Shown: piece after piece, positions 14,550-28,810 of the stretch
How the letters are laid out: the number at the start of each line of letters is the position of its first letter
How positions within the stretch are numbered: the first letter of the stretch is position 1
Origin: the human T2T-CHM13v2.0 reference genome, Homo sapiens
Assembly: GCF_009914755.1 (NCBI RefSeq)
Contig: NC_060933.1
Length of the DNA stretch: 64,000 nucleotides
Reading direction: 5' to 3' (one strand)
The notes under the pieces: model-generated
Told to the model about the DNA's origin: nothing
What the model saw: the letters and a program-made list of their open reading frames with translations, nothing else
Databases searched by the model: none
Position numbers and translations under genes: made by a program

Positions 14550-17462
14550 TGCATTGATCCTGTGTCTATGAACTTGCGCATTCACTTATTAGTTTCAGCA
14601 ACTTTTGGAAGATTTCTTAGAATCATTGGGCTCTTCTAGATCCTTTGCCTTTACACTTAAATTTTAGAATTTAGAATTAGGTTAGAATTAGGTTTTTGGT
14701 AGAAAGTTTTGGAGAAGAGTGGGTATTCTTGTCTTGTTCCCAGTCTTGGGGAGAAAGTATTCAATATCTCACCCTTAAGTACAATGTTAACTGTTTTTAT
14801 AGATGCCCTTAATAAAGTTGAGGAAGCTCACTTCTAATATTGGTTTGCAGAGAGTTTTTATCATTATTGGGTGTTCAGTTTTGCCAGATGCTTTTCTTTC
14901 ATCTCTTGGATAAGTACATGGTTTTTATCCCTTTTTTAATTATTATAATATGATAAATTAAATTAATTTTTGAATGTTACAACAATCCTACATTCCTGGG
15001 ACAAACCCTACTTAGTCATAATGTATTAAGCAGTAAATAACTTAAAAATATTTTAAAATGAGAATAAAAATCTTTGTTTTATGTTTGCCCATTTATTTCG
15101 ATGTATGATACTCTTCATTCCATTATACAGACTCAGATTAAAATCTGGTGTCATTTAACATATAATCTAGCTTGGCTACTAGCAATAAATCTGCCCAGCT
15201 CTCAATTTTCTGAAAAGCCTTTTTAGTGCCATCATTTTAAATAATTTCCCTGGATATAGAATTCTAGATTGACAAGTTTTTCTTTAACAACTTTAAAATT
15301 GTCATTTTATATTCTGGAATCCAGAGTTTCTGAAAAAAAAATGTGGTCAATCTTATGTTTGTTCCTCTGTACACAGTGTTTTCATTTTTGTTTTTTCCTG
15401 GATGATTTTCTTTTCATCATTGGCTCTTGGCAATTTGATTTTGATGTGCCTTAGTGTGTGTTTTCTTTCTATTTATCATGCCTGGGATTTATAGGGTTCT
15501 TAGATTTATTGTTTTTATCAAATTTGAAAAGTTTTTAAGCCATTATTTACTCAAGCATTGTTTTCTGCCTTTTTCTCTCTCTTTTCCCTAGGTCTACAAT
15601 TGCAACTGTATCTTCCACATACTGTGCAGCAGGTTAATCAGTATTTGCCAATACTCATTAACTGTCAAGTATTTTTAATCATTTTCTGTATGTACTTTAG
15701 TTAGCATAGAATCTATTGTTATTTCCCCAGATATGTTGATATTTGTTCTGTAGTTTCTAACCTGTTGTTATTCTCATATGGTAAAATTGTCACTTCAAAT
15801 TTTTTTTGTAATTTCTACAGGTTTCATTGAGTTCTTTTTGATGTATCCATTATATTCATGTTTTCCTTTAAATGCTTAAACATACGAGCATATTTTTAAT
15901 TAGTGTTTTAGGGTCTTTACTAATTCCATCATTTTTGTCATTTATAGGTCTCTTTCTATTGACTGATTTTTCTACTATCTAATAGACATGTGTTTGCATG
16001 TCTCATATTTCTGCTCAGATGCTGAAATTTGCAGTCATATGCTATTGTGGGTTTGGATTTTGTTGTCTTTCTGTAAATGTTGTTGAAATTCATTTCGGAA
16101 GGCAGATAAATCACTTACGGTTCAGTTCGCTCTTTTCAAGCTTTATTTTTAAGCTTTGTTAGCATGCTTTGAAGTAGCCTTTATTTTAGGGATAACTTAG
16201 ACCTACTACTACTGTGTCACTCTACCAGGGTCACTACTTCTCTCGGTATGGAATGAGGACTCTCTACTCTGGGTGACTGGTGATTAATCATTTCACCACT
16301 CTGTGTGAGTTCTGGGAATTGTACAGCTTATAGTTCCTCAGTCATCCTTTGCTCAACTTCACAAAGCTTAGTATTAAGCAACGACTGAAAAAGAAATCCC
16401 TATCCAGATTACTAAAGCTTTTCTCAGTAGCTTCTTCCTTCCAAAACAACTTCGAATGTCCCAGCCATCCTTAGTTACAAACTCTGCCTCTTCACTTCAG
16501 CAAGCCTGCCATGCTCTGTTGAGCAACTCTTCTTTAGGAGAAAGGATACAGAATGTGTCACTAGACTGAAAGAAGGGGTGATCATAGGCTTGCCTCACTT
16601 GTTTCTCTTCTCCTAAGGATCACAACTATTCAATATCTGAAAATAGTTATTTCTTATACTTTGTACAATTTTCTAATTGTTTATAGACAGAATATATTGA
16701 TACCCTGTTATTCTACCATGGCCAGAAACTGATGTCTTTTTTCTACGAATCAACAATAAAAAGAGTCTATTGTTATTTCCCCATATATGTTTGGGGAAAT
16801 AACAATATATAATAAAATAAGTCTAAACTGTCTCAAAAAGAAAAGAAGCCAAGTAGATGAATAAGCAATAGATTTATTTTTTCTCAAAACAAGCAAATGG
16901 TCAATAGATTTATTATCTCATTAGTAATTTAGGAAATTAAATAATACACAACATAATCTGTCCACTTATAAAATTACCAAAGAGTTTAAATGTAATATCT
17001 ACTATTCTGCAAGCATCAAAAACTAAGTATTTAAAGTCTTATTCGTTTGCAATAAGAAAAACTTTTCTGTTCTCTTTGAAAGTCATTTTGCCACTAGACA
17101 CAATTCTTTCAAATTGCTGTTCTCTACTACTTGCAAAGATTAAAATTTGATTCCAGTGAAAATAAAATATTGCAATATATTTTGAGATTGTCTGTTTCTT
17201 TTAATTTAGTATTCCCATCATTATTGAAAGTTAGCAAGTATGCAGAATTACCGTTCAAACTAGGGTAGCCATACTAATCTGGATTTTGTCTTTATTCATG
17301 AAAACCACAAGTACAAACACAGTTAAGGACTGAAGGGATAAGAAAGCATGTCTCCTTCAGCATTTAACCTCTGAAGGATGTTTTATGTTCTACTGAACTC
17401 CTTCCCTACAGAGACCAGATTTCAAGTGTTACTTCTTTCTTTTCTTCTCCTCTATCCTTCAG

Positions 17463-17660
17463 ACAACAAATAGGTTGAAATCACTTATATTACTGAAACA
17501 TGATTTACCATGGTTTATCCACTGGCTTACTCTCTTGAACAAGTCTCTCAAGAAAAAGTGCCATATTGGAATTAAGACTGGGACTATAAAGCAATACAAT
17601 CCATAATGCAATTGTTCCAACCTGGGACTTTGACAATAAACAGGTCTCTTTGTTCTCACC
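17463..17660 (+). other. Candidate plus-strand terminal exon
   Basis: Long polypyrimidine tract ttctttcttttcttctcctctatccttcag. AATAAA at 17635-17640 followed by T-rich sequence. Confidence 0.35.
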
Positions 17661-18524
17661 TGAGCCTTCTTTTTCTTCCCTACATCATCTGCAAGCATTT
17701 CTATTTCCCCTGTTACACTCTAAGTTTCTTTAAGTCTGGAAACGGTAACTTAGGGATTTTCATATTCCTAATGTATATAACCTCCTCTAAAATGATATAT
17801 GAGAAATAGGAATCTGTGAACAAGCTTAGCCTGCCAATGATGTTTAAACAAATTTCATAAAATTTACATCAAGTCAAGATTATTTTTAATCTATAAATAA
17901 TACACACTGGAAAATCCAGATGCGAGTTTACTTGTAAAATTTCAAGTCACAGTAAGATTTGCAAAACTAACCAACAAAATTTCAGATTAAAATAAATATA
18001 AATTTCCAAATACAAAGAGTAAGAAAGGATAGTTTAATTTGAATATCCTATAAAAGTCATGTATTCACAGACATAAAATATATTCATGTCAAGGGTTTTT
18101 TTAACTACATCTAGTTTTATAGATGTTAAAGTTAATCAAATTTTGCTTCTAATTTAGTTTGTGAAAAAATCTACAAATAACAATAATTCAATTCTTCTTT
18201 AAGTCTTATGTAATATCACTCGATTGGATAATGTATCATAACTGGTTTTGGACCGGGGATACTTGCTCAAATGTTAGGTCAGTCTAAATACTATACTCCA
18301 ATGCTCATATCAATTACAGCCAAAGTGTAACGTTTTTCTCACAACCAACACCCTACAAACTCGAGGTGATGATAACAGATCCCTGTATGATGAATACTAG
18401 ATTGTTTGCATTTCTTCACATTCTCTCATTCCTCATAGGAGTTCCAGTGACATTCAGAATCTGAATCTGGCAGAATACACCAAAAATCATTTTCATCATA
18501 TCGAAGAGGTATTCAGACACTTAC

Positions 18525-18561
18525 TATATCTTCACTGATCCCATCCTGTCTTTGGAGGATA
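18525..18561 (-). other. Candidate exon (37 nt), or start of a terminal exon running to AATAAA at 17291-17296
   Basis: Minus-strand acceptor attattattcttag|TATCC. Possible donor ATA|gtaagt. Confidence 0.25.
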
Positions 18562-18870
18562 CTAAGAATAATAATTACCCATCATTTATTTTTATAGGAA
18601 AGAGCCTGATTAAATAAATCTAAGTCTATTTCTAAGTATTTCAATGAAATCCAACTGTGCATTAAAAAGCTGAGTCAGCTTGGTTAACTGTATTGTCCTA
18701 AAATCCCATTAAACCTGTTGATATCCCATTTCAATTGAGAAGTATTCCCCAGGACAATGAGCAATCACTGGCTTCAGAGGACAGAGCTTATGTTCTGTAT
18801 AGCTATATAATGAGCCGGAGAAGGCTTTATGACTCCCACAATATATGGCACCAAGATGTTCTCATAAAGG

Positions 18871-18907
18871 AGGTCCATAAAAGGTCCATAAAAAGGTCCA
18901 TAAAAAA
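18871..18907. repeat. Short tandem triplication (AGGTCCATAAA)x3
   Basis: Seen directly. Confidence 0.85.
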
Positions 18908-19339
18908 ACTAATTTTATGCAAGTTCTTAGAAATTTTGTTTCTGATTCTGAGACTCTGCTGTATCACTGTAAAGATAATTATGACCTCATTTCTAAAGAG
19001 TTTAAAGGATAAAAGTTTCTAAGAGATGAGAGAAATTATGAGGTTGAAAACAATACATATCAATACAGATCCGAACTAAGTATAAGAGCAAGAGTAGAAT
19101 GTGAGGATCAACAAAGGCCTGGGAAAAAATTCTAAGGCAACAGCTATGATGAAAGCAGAAGGTAGGGCCACAAAGACGTGATATTAATTGAATAATAGAA
19201 TTACTGAACTCCTGTTTTTATTCTGCCTTCCCCATCAAGAATTACCTTCTAACTGAAAAGTGTGGAGCACATTTCATTTCCTGACCAATGCTTCTGCTGA
19301 AAATGACTTATGTTGAATAAGACATAGAAAACTCACCCA

Positions 19340-19342
<3 letters not shown>

Positions 19343-19371
<29 letters not shown>
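19343..19371. repeat. (CA)n microsatellite
   Basis: Seen directly. Confidence 0.95.
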
Positions 19372-19627
19372 TCTGTGTCAAAAACTAAGAGCAAACAGGA
19401 ATCCAGAGAGATGAGCAAAGCCCACAGAAGTCCACTTTCTGACTAAAATGAGGGGATTTCCTGAGATCTAATGAACTTTTCACAGTCCTCAAGGCATGCA
19501 GAAAAAGTATGTAAAGGTGGAAGACAAATAGGAAACAGACATACACTTACATTCGAATTTCCCGAAGCTCAAAGCCCTCAGCATAATTGTAAATAAAAAG
19601 TAAGACTGCTGGCACTGCATTCAATAG

Positions 19628-20023
<396 letters not shown>

Positions 20024-20349
20024 TATGGCAGTATTTTTCTGAGGGGCAGGGAAGGAGATGGAATTGGCAAGGGTACACAAAGGACTTCATGGTTAATGGA
20101 AATGTTCTCATGCTCAAAGTGCACTTATGTACATGGATATTTTTATGTCATTGTCTTTATAACTAACACATATTTTATAAGGGTTCTTTTTTATTTACTT
20201 AGTATTTAATTTTTTAAAAATTCTTTAAATGTCAGGGAATACATCAATAAAAGGAAACCAAGAATTAGTTTGTAACAGAGAACAAACAACTTTAAATACA
20301 TTCAGAATTAAGTCCATTACATTTATATAACAAGCTATTAAGCATTTGC

Positions 20350-21200
20350 ACATATAATCTCCAAAATACTACAATATTTGAGAATTCATGAACAGGTAAG
20401 GTCCAGGAAATGTCCTGATTTTCAAAAACATTCAAAAAGAAAAATTATCAACGATTTATGAATTTTTATCAATTCCGGGCAAAATTCTAGACTAAGTTAC
20501 TAAACAGAAGATTAGTGAGTTCATAGGAAAGAAAGATCTCTTTCCTTTACTAACGAATTTACTAAGGATAAATCATTTCACAATAATCTCCTTTTCCTTT
20601 TCTGTGGAGTTAACAGATTTTAAACAATGTCTTAATTCCAGTAAGGCATCTGCAAAAGGGCCTTCATAAAATGTTTTTAGGCAAGGAGGAAAACATAATA
20701 TGTGTGAATACACAATCAAGCATAAACATGCATGATTTAACAACAGTTCCAACATATCTTGGTTAATTAATTTTCAATCTAGAACTAGATGCAATAGAAT
20801 GAAACAGGTTTGTTCTCTGTTGTTTTTTGGCTTCATTTTGGTTTTGTCCCTGTCCTGCTGAATACTTCTAACAATAATCTGAACAAGGACATAGAAAGCA
20901 TTCTGAGAATTAACAGTTGCATGAGTCAAAAAGTAGTAGACAAGGTATTGATGAAATGAAAGAATTAGGACTCAAAAATATCCTGAGAAGTTTGTACCCT
21001 GGCTAAGCTACACAAGATAAAACATAAGAGTAAATACAAGACCTAGTTTAACTACAGTTTATATAAATACTATAAAACAAACAGCCAAATAGTATGGTTG
21101 TTAATAGAGCAAAATGCATTTGATCCCCAGCTCTGGGCTGATCAGATAACATCTGAAGCATTTTATCTAGTTAATCAGCAATTCAGTCTAGAAAAAAGTG
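20350..21200 (+). mobile_element. CR1/L3 LINE remnant (RT region)
   Basis: aatgtcctgattttcaaaaa, aattccgggcaaaattctaga, ccagtaaggcatctgc and tgtccctgtcctg resemble L3. Confidence 0.6.
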
Positions 21201-21870
21201 AAAAGCACATTGTTCTGGGAGAGAGGAGACTATTTTTATGACATGGAACAGTTTGCATTGCTTCTCTGGGCCCCGTTTCTATTTTGTAAAACGTGGATGT
21301 TCCTTTCCTTTCTAAAGTTCTTTATATCTATCAGCTCTGCTATGTTCTGCTCTCCTTGTAATACACATTAAAATACACCTAGCTATCCTAGGTTGTGTGC
21401 GCATAAAGAAAGCCAGGACAGAGAGGGATCTGGAAACCTCATCACAGAAGAAATCTGTACTTTATAGTCCTGAAAAGGTGACTCGGTGTGGGAAGGATGC
21501 AATAGTTAAATGCTTTTTCTTGTTTTGCTTTATTTTTTCCATTTATCTGAAGAGATGTTCTGTAGAACAGAGATTCAAAAAAAAAATTACTGTAGAAACT
21601 ACCTAGAGGCAAATTTTTGTTTTTCACTACTGTCAGTACAGAAAAGCTTATACACAATGCCTAGAAATATACAAGCAAGAATGGCGATTTTCTGTCAAGA
21701 ATATTATAAAAAGATTAGGATGGACTCAATGCTCTAAGGTCCCTTCAAATTCTTTGATTCTACACTAGATTTTGATAACATAAAATAACCTAAAATATTG
21801 GATCAAGAGATATAGTTCCCAAGTTAGCCGTAAGTATCAACAGAAAGGTATTTTTATGTTGTTGCTTTAC

Positions 21871-21886
21871 CTTAAATGGCAACAAA
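21871..21886 (-). other. Candidate 16-nt microexon
   Basis: cgctttattttcag|TTTGTTGCCATTTAAG|gtaaag on the minus strand. Confidence 0.2.
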
Positions 21887-22475
21887 CTGAAAATAAAGCG
21901 AACCACTGTGGATCACAGCAAATAGAATAGCATAAGTCTCCAACTATATGACATATAAGTCATATGCTATCAGCTCAATGTCCTGAGACAGAGATTTAAA
22001 TGTAAGGACCTTTAACCTGTAAAGGATGGCTATTCCCTGCCCCTATGTCCTTCTTCTTCCCACAGACATTATGGTCAGGAAGCTGGTGTCTACCATCCTA
22101 TAATCAAAACAAACAGCTGGTACAGTCACAGTAAAGATGGACTTAGTGGAGAGAGGAAAGAGACGATTCTCTCAAATTGACAAATCTAAGCTGAAATAAA
22201 GGCATGCCAGAGCATTACTCTTCCAGAGCGGATGCCAGACAAATCAGATCGCCTTCATCTCGCTTGATTGATCTGGTCCTCTTCCCTGTTCCATGTGTTC
22301 CTTTTACCTTGTCTTAGCAAATTGCATTTAAAACAAAGAGGTAAAAGATAATTTTGGCATTCGGTCTGTGTGATACTGTTGAAAGGGGCATCTCGAAGAA
22401 AACTCATGTTGTTCCTTCCAACAGCCTGCAGTCATTTTGATGTGAATAGCTCATGATTAAGAGGTCAGTTCTTAC

Positions 22476-22523
22476 CAACAGCAGCAGATGTTGTTGGCGT
22501 TATCTGGGTAGACTGTTCACTGT
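22476..22523 (-). other. Candidate 48-nt exon; only the phase-1 frame is open (xSEQSTQITPTTSAAV)
   Basis: Acceptor ctttgtttgcag|ACAGTG and donor TTG|gtaaga, in non-repeat sequence. Confidence 0.4.
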
Positions 22524-23471
22524 CTGCAAACAAAGTTCCCATTAAGAGAAAAATTCTAAGTGTATCTTTCCTAGAGGATTACACTCATTTAAATTTGTCT
22601 CCTGGCTTGTTTCCATGAGATTTGGGGTTGTTTCAAAGATGTGCTATGGAAATTTTCTCCTCCCAGCAGATGCCATCATTAAGTTGGATAAGAATTTCTG
22701 GATTTACGGAGAGATTGGTTCATGGCACACAATCGAGTCTTGTTACTTGGCTCTGTAAACAATCAGACTTCTTTATTATTTAATCAAGAGGAGTTTTTTC
22801 CTTTCGTGTAAATGAAGATGAAACTTAGAATAACACATTGCATCTCTAATAAGATTGAAAATGTTACACTTTTATCCTTTGTAAAATTTAACTAAAATAA
22901 ACCTTAACACAACCTCTTCAGCATAAATAGCAGGAACCAGAATATTAAAATATTGTGGTTTTGTAACACATGGGCCTTAATGAAAGTGTGTACTGCATGC
23001 TTGATTACTTACTAGTCTCTGTCCCCTGATTATGCTCTCTGACCTCTTCTGGAAATAAATGCCTCCCTCTGCTCCTTCAGTTTTCCATATGACATGAATG
23101 TCAAGATAACTAGAAAAATTAAAAACAATTAATGCGATGTGAGGAAAAATGGAATAGTCTCATTAAGGGTCGCATATTTGGAAAAACTCTTTTTTTCTCT
23201 TTCCATCGCTCTCTTTCCTAAAATGCACCAAAAGGATAAAATAAGGATAAAATCAAATTGTCAGGCTTAGAAGTTTAAGGTCTCTCTCTGAAGATTTCTG
23301 GCAATGTTTTACCTCATCTAGAACCAATACAACAGCAAAGCCATTGCAATGATTGCACTTAGGATGAGAGTGAGGATAGGAAACCAGCCTGGGGTCAAAT
23401 GGAATGAAGAATAAAATTCTTAAAGGTATTATTTTATAATATGACAGTGAGGAAATGAAAGATTACAATTC

Positions 23472-23815
23472 AGCTGGGGGCAGTGGCTCACGCCTGTAAT
23501 CCCAGCACTTTGGGAGGCTGAGGCGGGTGGATCACCTGAGGTCAGGAGATCGAGACTAGCCTGGCCAACATGGTGAAACCCTATCTCTACTAAAAATACA
23601 AAAAGTAGCCGTGTGTGGGGGCAGGCACCTGTAATCCCAGCTACACAGGAGGCTGAGGCAGGAGAATCGCTAGAACTCAGGAGGCGGAGGTTGCAGTCAG
23701 CCGAGATCGCGCCACTGCACTCCAGCCTGAGTGACAAAGCAAGACTCTGTCTCAAAAAAGAAAAAAAGAAAAACAAAACAAGAAAAATAGAACAAAAAAC
23801 AAAATGAAACCAAAA
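23472..23815 (+). mobile_element. AluS (Sx/Sz-like) with long degenerate A tail
   Basis: Full dimeric Alu. Confidence 0.95.
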
Positions 23816-23855
23816 CAAATACAATTATCCTTTTGTGACAATTGATTAGGTAAGA

Positions 23856-23895
23856 ACTGCACTCCAGCATGGGTGACAGAGAAAGACTCTGTCTC

Positions 23896-23931
<36 letters not shown>
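23856..23931 (+). mobile_element. Tiny Alu 3' fragment whose tail is a (CA)n microsatellite
   Basis: actgcactccagcatgggtgacagagaaagactctgtctcaaaa followed by (CA)n. Confidence 0.9.
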
Positions 23932-23935
<4 letters not shown>

Positions 23936-24759
23936 AATTACTATTCAATAAGTAGTTTTGTGGCAGGTTCCCCTCATGCCCTCTCTTCACCTGTAAGAGA
24001 TAATGAAAATAAAATCAAGTTTTACAGGAAAAGCAAATGGGTCATTCTTTAGCCCTTAGTCAAGTTGTGTACTAGAAATTGAATTTGGAAATAAACTGGG
24101 ACAATGCCTGATTTTTGTGAGGAAACTGAGAGACCTACAAAAGTTAAGTAGTTTTCTTGACTCACACAATTGACATAATCAATAGTCTGGAGCAAGTATT
24201 TCAAATATAATTTAAGTTATTTAGCAAGAAGACATGTTCTTAATGATCAAAACACATTTATTGGCAATTACTTAAGCGTGGCATTGACCAACACAAGGTA
24301 AACTGAACCTTGTCTTCCCTATCAAATGTATTTTCTGCTTTCTCACCTAGAACAGAAAAGACTTACTCTGATAAGGACTTAGACCATTCAAAGCTGTATT
24401 TTAAAACATAAAAATGAAACAGTGAAGTGCCTATCATTTAATCTTAGTAGATCATATCTTTTTAGCCTGAGTTCACCATTCTGCAGTTCTGAAAGCTTAT
24501 GCCACTGCATTGATGCATTTTACCTTATATTTAGAGCATATGAATTCTATATTGTTTTCAAAACAATAAAACAACAATTCTATATTGTTTTCAAAAGTTT
24601 TTACAAAAGACCTTAATCAGGAAGGATAAGCTTATTCTTAAATATTTATATAATCCAGCTCTTACTGCACTCTCTGCTGAAGTCATTAATATTTTTCACT
24701 GCTGTTGCATAGGATATAAATTAGGATGCTGATTTCTTATTTTAAAATTTTTGCTATTA

Positions 24760-24980
24760 AGAGCCCAAGTCTGATGGTGAAGAGGCTCTGATCTGATACT
24801 AATTAGCTATATGACTTTAAGCAAATTATTTAATGGCTAGGTGCCTTGATTTCCTCATCTATAAAATGAACCGTAGTACTATCTGTCTGCTTATCTGTGA
24901 GAATCAAAGATATCATTAGTACGAAACTGCTTTGTAGAGTTAATAGCACTTTTTGACTGTAAAATGGTGGTGATGATGAT
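24760..24980 (+). mobile_element. MIR
   Basis: tagctatatgactttaagcaaattatttaa...tttcctcatctataaaatg. Confidence 0.7.
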
Positions 24981-27900
24981 ACTGATTAGTGTAGCATGGG
25001 CAGGTCTTGAAACTATGCCATTTCTCTAGTGAAGTAAGAGAGTGACTTGCCTGTATCATTACCTGAGTCACATTTGACACACACCTGGGATTTATATGTT
25101 GCTTCCTGGTTGTTAAGGGCTAGAACCTTCCTTAACTATCAGATTTCTGTCATCACTGAGTAATAGCTCCCCATCCCCCCTCAAAAACATTTTTAAAACT
25201 TGTGAACCTTGTCACCTGCTTTAGCCTAAGCAAAATCTAAGAATGGTAGTCTAGAAGGTTTCCATGGATACAGTCAAATATCTTATACTACTCCAGTTAC
25301 GTTTCTCTGTTGGGCAAACAATCACACAAGATTTACTTCTCTTCCTAATTGTTCCTCCACAAAGGATGCTGAAGTAAGAGATGACATAACGGTGGCTTGT
25401 GTTCCACAGGACTCCCAAATGTTTCTTTTGAAGAGACTGAGTCACCTATTTATATTTGCGGAAGTAACCAAAATTATAAACAAAAGTATCTATCATATAC
25501 AAGCTAGTAATATTTGTAGGAGTAAAAGCTCCAGAAGGCAGGAACGATCTGTAACATGAAACACCTCATGAGCAAAATGGAATTTTAGGTCATGAGTCCG
25601 TAGATTAAAGGCAAAGAGAAAATTTATCAAGGCTTGACCTTAAAAATGTGTTTTCAATTTCCTTCATTCGTAATTTTACACCCACATAATGTGGCAATAA
25701 CCGTTTTATTCAAATTCTTAATATAGTCATTAAGTATAAGACAATGACACCCTGGATGGGTCAAATGGCATTTGAATAAAGAGATAAGCTTCTTTCCCAA
25801 AATCACTACTGAGTTCCTGGTTGAATTTGCCTAAATAATTAGGCTCTTTTCCTTCATAAACAAGTTCTCCACTTCAAAGTCCAAAGTGATTTGAGGAGCT
25901 GGTCTTTTCTCCAACAATCCCCAGATTAATAGCATTAGCCTAGAGTGAGCTGGGGGTGCTGTCCAGCACAGATGTCAAATCAGCGTGTCCATAACTTGGT
26001 TTCCTTTCCACTTTGCCCTGTAAAATTTGATCGTTGTGGAAGATAAAACTGCTCTTCCAAGGCTTCTGCCCTATCACATGGGACTTTGAGAGGCCATATT
26101 TTCATAGATTTTTGATTGACACAACATAGGAAGCTCAGCAACTCTGCCTGGAGGCCACCATGCTCCTTCAGGTAATTTCTAGGACCTCGAGGCCCCTAAG
26201 TAATGTGTAAACACTGCCACAACAACAAGCTTGTTACAGATTATGGTACTACCCCTGAAGCAAGACAAGTTTTTCAGTTTGCTACTTTGTTCCTACCCAT
26301 TGAAAAAATATCTATCTCATATATTTTCCCCCAAATGCATTGAGCATGGCTTAAATTTACATTATCCTTCTAAATAAATTTAACCAAACACAAAGTATCT
26401 TCTATTTAAACAAGGATTTCCCCACTCTCATCTATAATTTTCTAATTTTATATTGAGTGTTTCTTTTTTCGGCTTGCCTTCTCCCCATCCCAGCCCATGA
26501 TTGCCAGCCTCTCTATGAGAGCAAATTGCTCCCCATCTCCTCTGCTTCCCTCCTGTACTTACTACTTCCTACTATCAAGGATTAAAATCTCATCAACAAT
26601 TGATCAGGAAAGTAAATCCTACTCGAAGGTCTCCAAGTGGTTTTTCTTCAGAAGTACAATGAATTTCCAACGTTAGTCACACTGCAGAGACTAATATAAA
26701 TATTTATGCAGTGGTTTACTTATAAATGGAGGGTCATGCTTATATTGGTCCTGAGTTTTCTTACAGATAATTAACTGTATCATTGTCTCATTAACTAAAT
26801 GTACTGTATCAACAAATGCTACCCACTCCAGGAACTAAATAAAATGTTTCATGGATATGAACTTTGCCATAAAAGAAAAGCGTGCAATACTGGGTAAATT
26901 AAAATTTTGACCAAAGGGAGAAAAATTTTTTTAAAAAGAAATGTGTAAAAAGTAACAGAATATAGCACTCTATTGTATCCCTTGTGGTTAAAAACAGTTC
27001 ATAAAAGTATTACACAAAATAGATTTAACAATTTTATATTAGTGAAATAGCTCAAGCCTGTGGGTGGAGAAGTAGGTGGATAATAAAGTTTTTAAAAATC
27101 ATTCTTTACATCAACAAAGGGTGAAGTCTGTTAATCATTGTGCATGACAACTTTTGTGTGTCTATTTAATTAGATATAAATGAATCACCCTCTTGAGCTA
27201 TTTCATTTATTATTTGCACTCAATTAAGTGAATTTTGACCAAATGGGTTATAATTACAACAGCCATGCTGAATATAATAGTAAACATTTCCCTTTACTTA
27301 TTTTCAGAGGAACATAGTGATTTCCTTATGTGAGTATAAATTTGTGTTTCCTCTAGTACACAAACTATGAAAGACACCAATGTCACTGATACCCAGATCC
27401 TCACTGGTCCTGTAGAGTATTTTATAATTCTATCAACCAAGTCACTTGAAAGGGACTAAAAGATCTTCTTTCTTTTTTGTCTCAATCATAAATGTACCAG
27501 GAACAAGGTTTCTTAATATATTAACGTTCTCAGTCTTCCTTCTTCCTATAAACCATGTCCACTAAAGACAATGTTACTAACAAAGGGCTCTTCCCTTACT
27601 GTCTCTCATGTGAATTGTAGTCTTAAGACAATGCTATAAATATACTACTCACCACCCTGGCTTGTCTGTGGAATTATTAGGAATCATTTTGCCCAGTGTT
27701 GTCCTTTCAAGCTATCTGACTCCTTCTGTATTAGATATGTCTTCTTTAAACTGCATAGAGTTGAATTTAAAAAAAAAACCAGTTCTACAATTGGAGCATC
27801 TCATCTATTTACATTTTGTTGTATTCTAGACTCAATCAAGTCTAACAGGTAGTTATGTGACCCTCTATGTGGGCAGCACAAGCATTTCTGCGTTCTTTAA

Positions 27901-28199
27901 TTCCTTTGCAGAATGAAATGTATTTGTTTATGTGTATTTACATTTTACTTATATATATATGATACAATAAATATAACATTAATATTATTTATATAGGCTA
28001 TGTTTATTTAGATTAACCCATGGATGTACAATTTGTCTTGCCCTGCATTTCTACCATCACTTTATTTCCTTCTGAAATAATTTTTCTCCTACCTAAAAAT
28101 ACCCTATAGTATTATTTTCAGTGTAGGACTGCAGGTGATAAATCTACTTCAATCTACTTCAACAAATGTAATATTTAAAATGTCTATTTCACCTTCATT

Positions 28200-28810
28200 G
28201 TTTATTTTATTTTATTTTATTTATTTTAAGTTCCAGGGTATATGTGCAGGATGTGCAGGTTTGTTACATAGGTAAACATGTGTCACGATGATTTGCTTCA
28301 CCTATCAACCCATTGCCTAGGAATGAGACCAGCATGCATTGGCTATTTTTCCTGATGCTCTCCCTCCCCCCTCCCACCTCCGACAGGCCCCAGTGTGTGT
28401 TGTTCTTCTCCCTGTGTCTATGTGTTCAGACGGTTCAGTTCCGACTTATAAGTGAGAAGGTGCAGTATTTGGTTTTCTGTTCCTGTGTTAATCTGCTGAG
28501 AAGAATGGCTTCCAGTTCCATCCATGTCTCTGCAAAGGACATGATCTCATTTCTTTTTATGGCGGCATAGTATTCCATGCTATATACGTACCACATTTCC
28601 TTTACCCAGTCTATCACTGATGGGCATTTGGGTTGATTTCATGTCTTGGCTATTGTGAATAGTACTCCAGTGAACATACATGTGCATGTATCTTAAAAGT
28701 AGAATGATTTATATTCCTTTGGATATATACCCAGTAATGGGATTGCGGGATCAAATGGTATTTCTTGTTCAAGGTCTTTGATGAATTGCCACACTGTCTT
28801 CCACAATGGT
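28200..28810 (-). mobile_element. 5'-truncated L1PA (L1PA8-13-like)
   Basis: ttttaagttccagggtatatgtgcaggatgtgcaggtttgttacatagg is an L1PA 3' end. Perfect 15-bp TSD tatttcaccttcatt at 28185 and 28811. Confidence 0.92.

Noticed and set aside
23941-25445. Minus-strand acceptors at 23990 and 25445
   Set aside because: The 23990 acceptor is good, but both have only weak donors (ATA|gtaatt, GAA|gtaaat), so they are not listed as exons.
27309-27330. Plus-strand 22-nt segment ttttcag|AGG...TAT|gtgagt
   Set aside because: It is isolated with no supporting partner exons. Such pseudo-exons are common.
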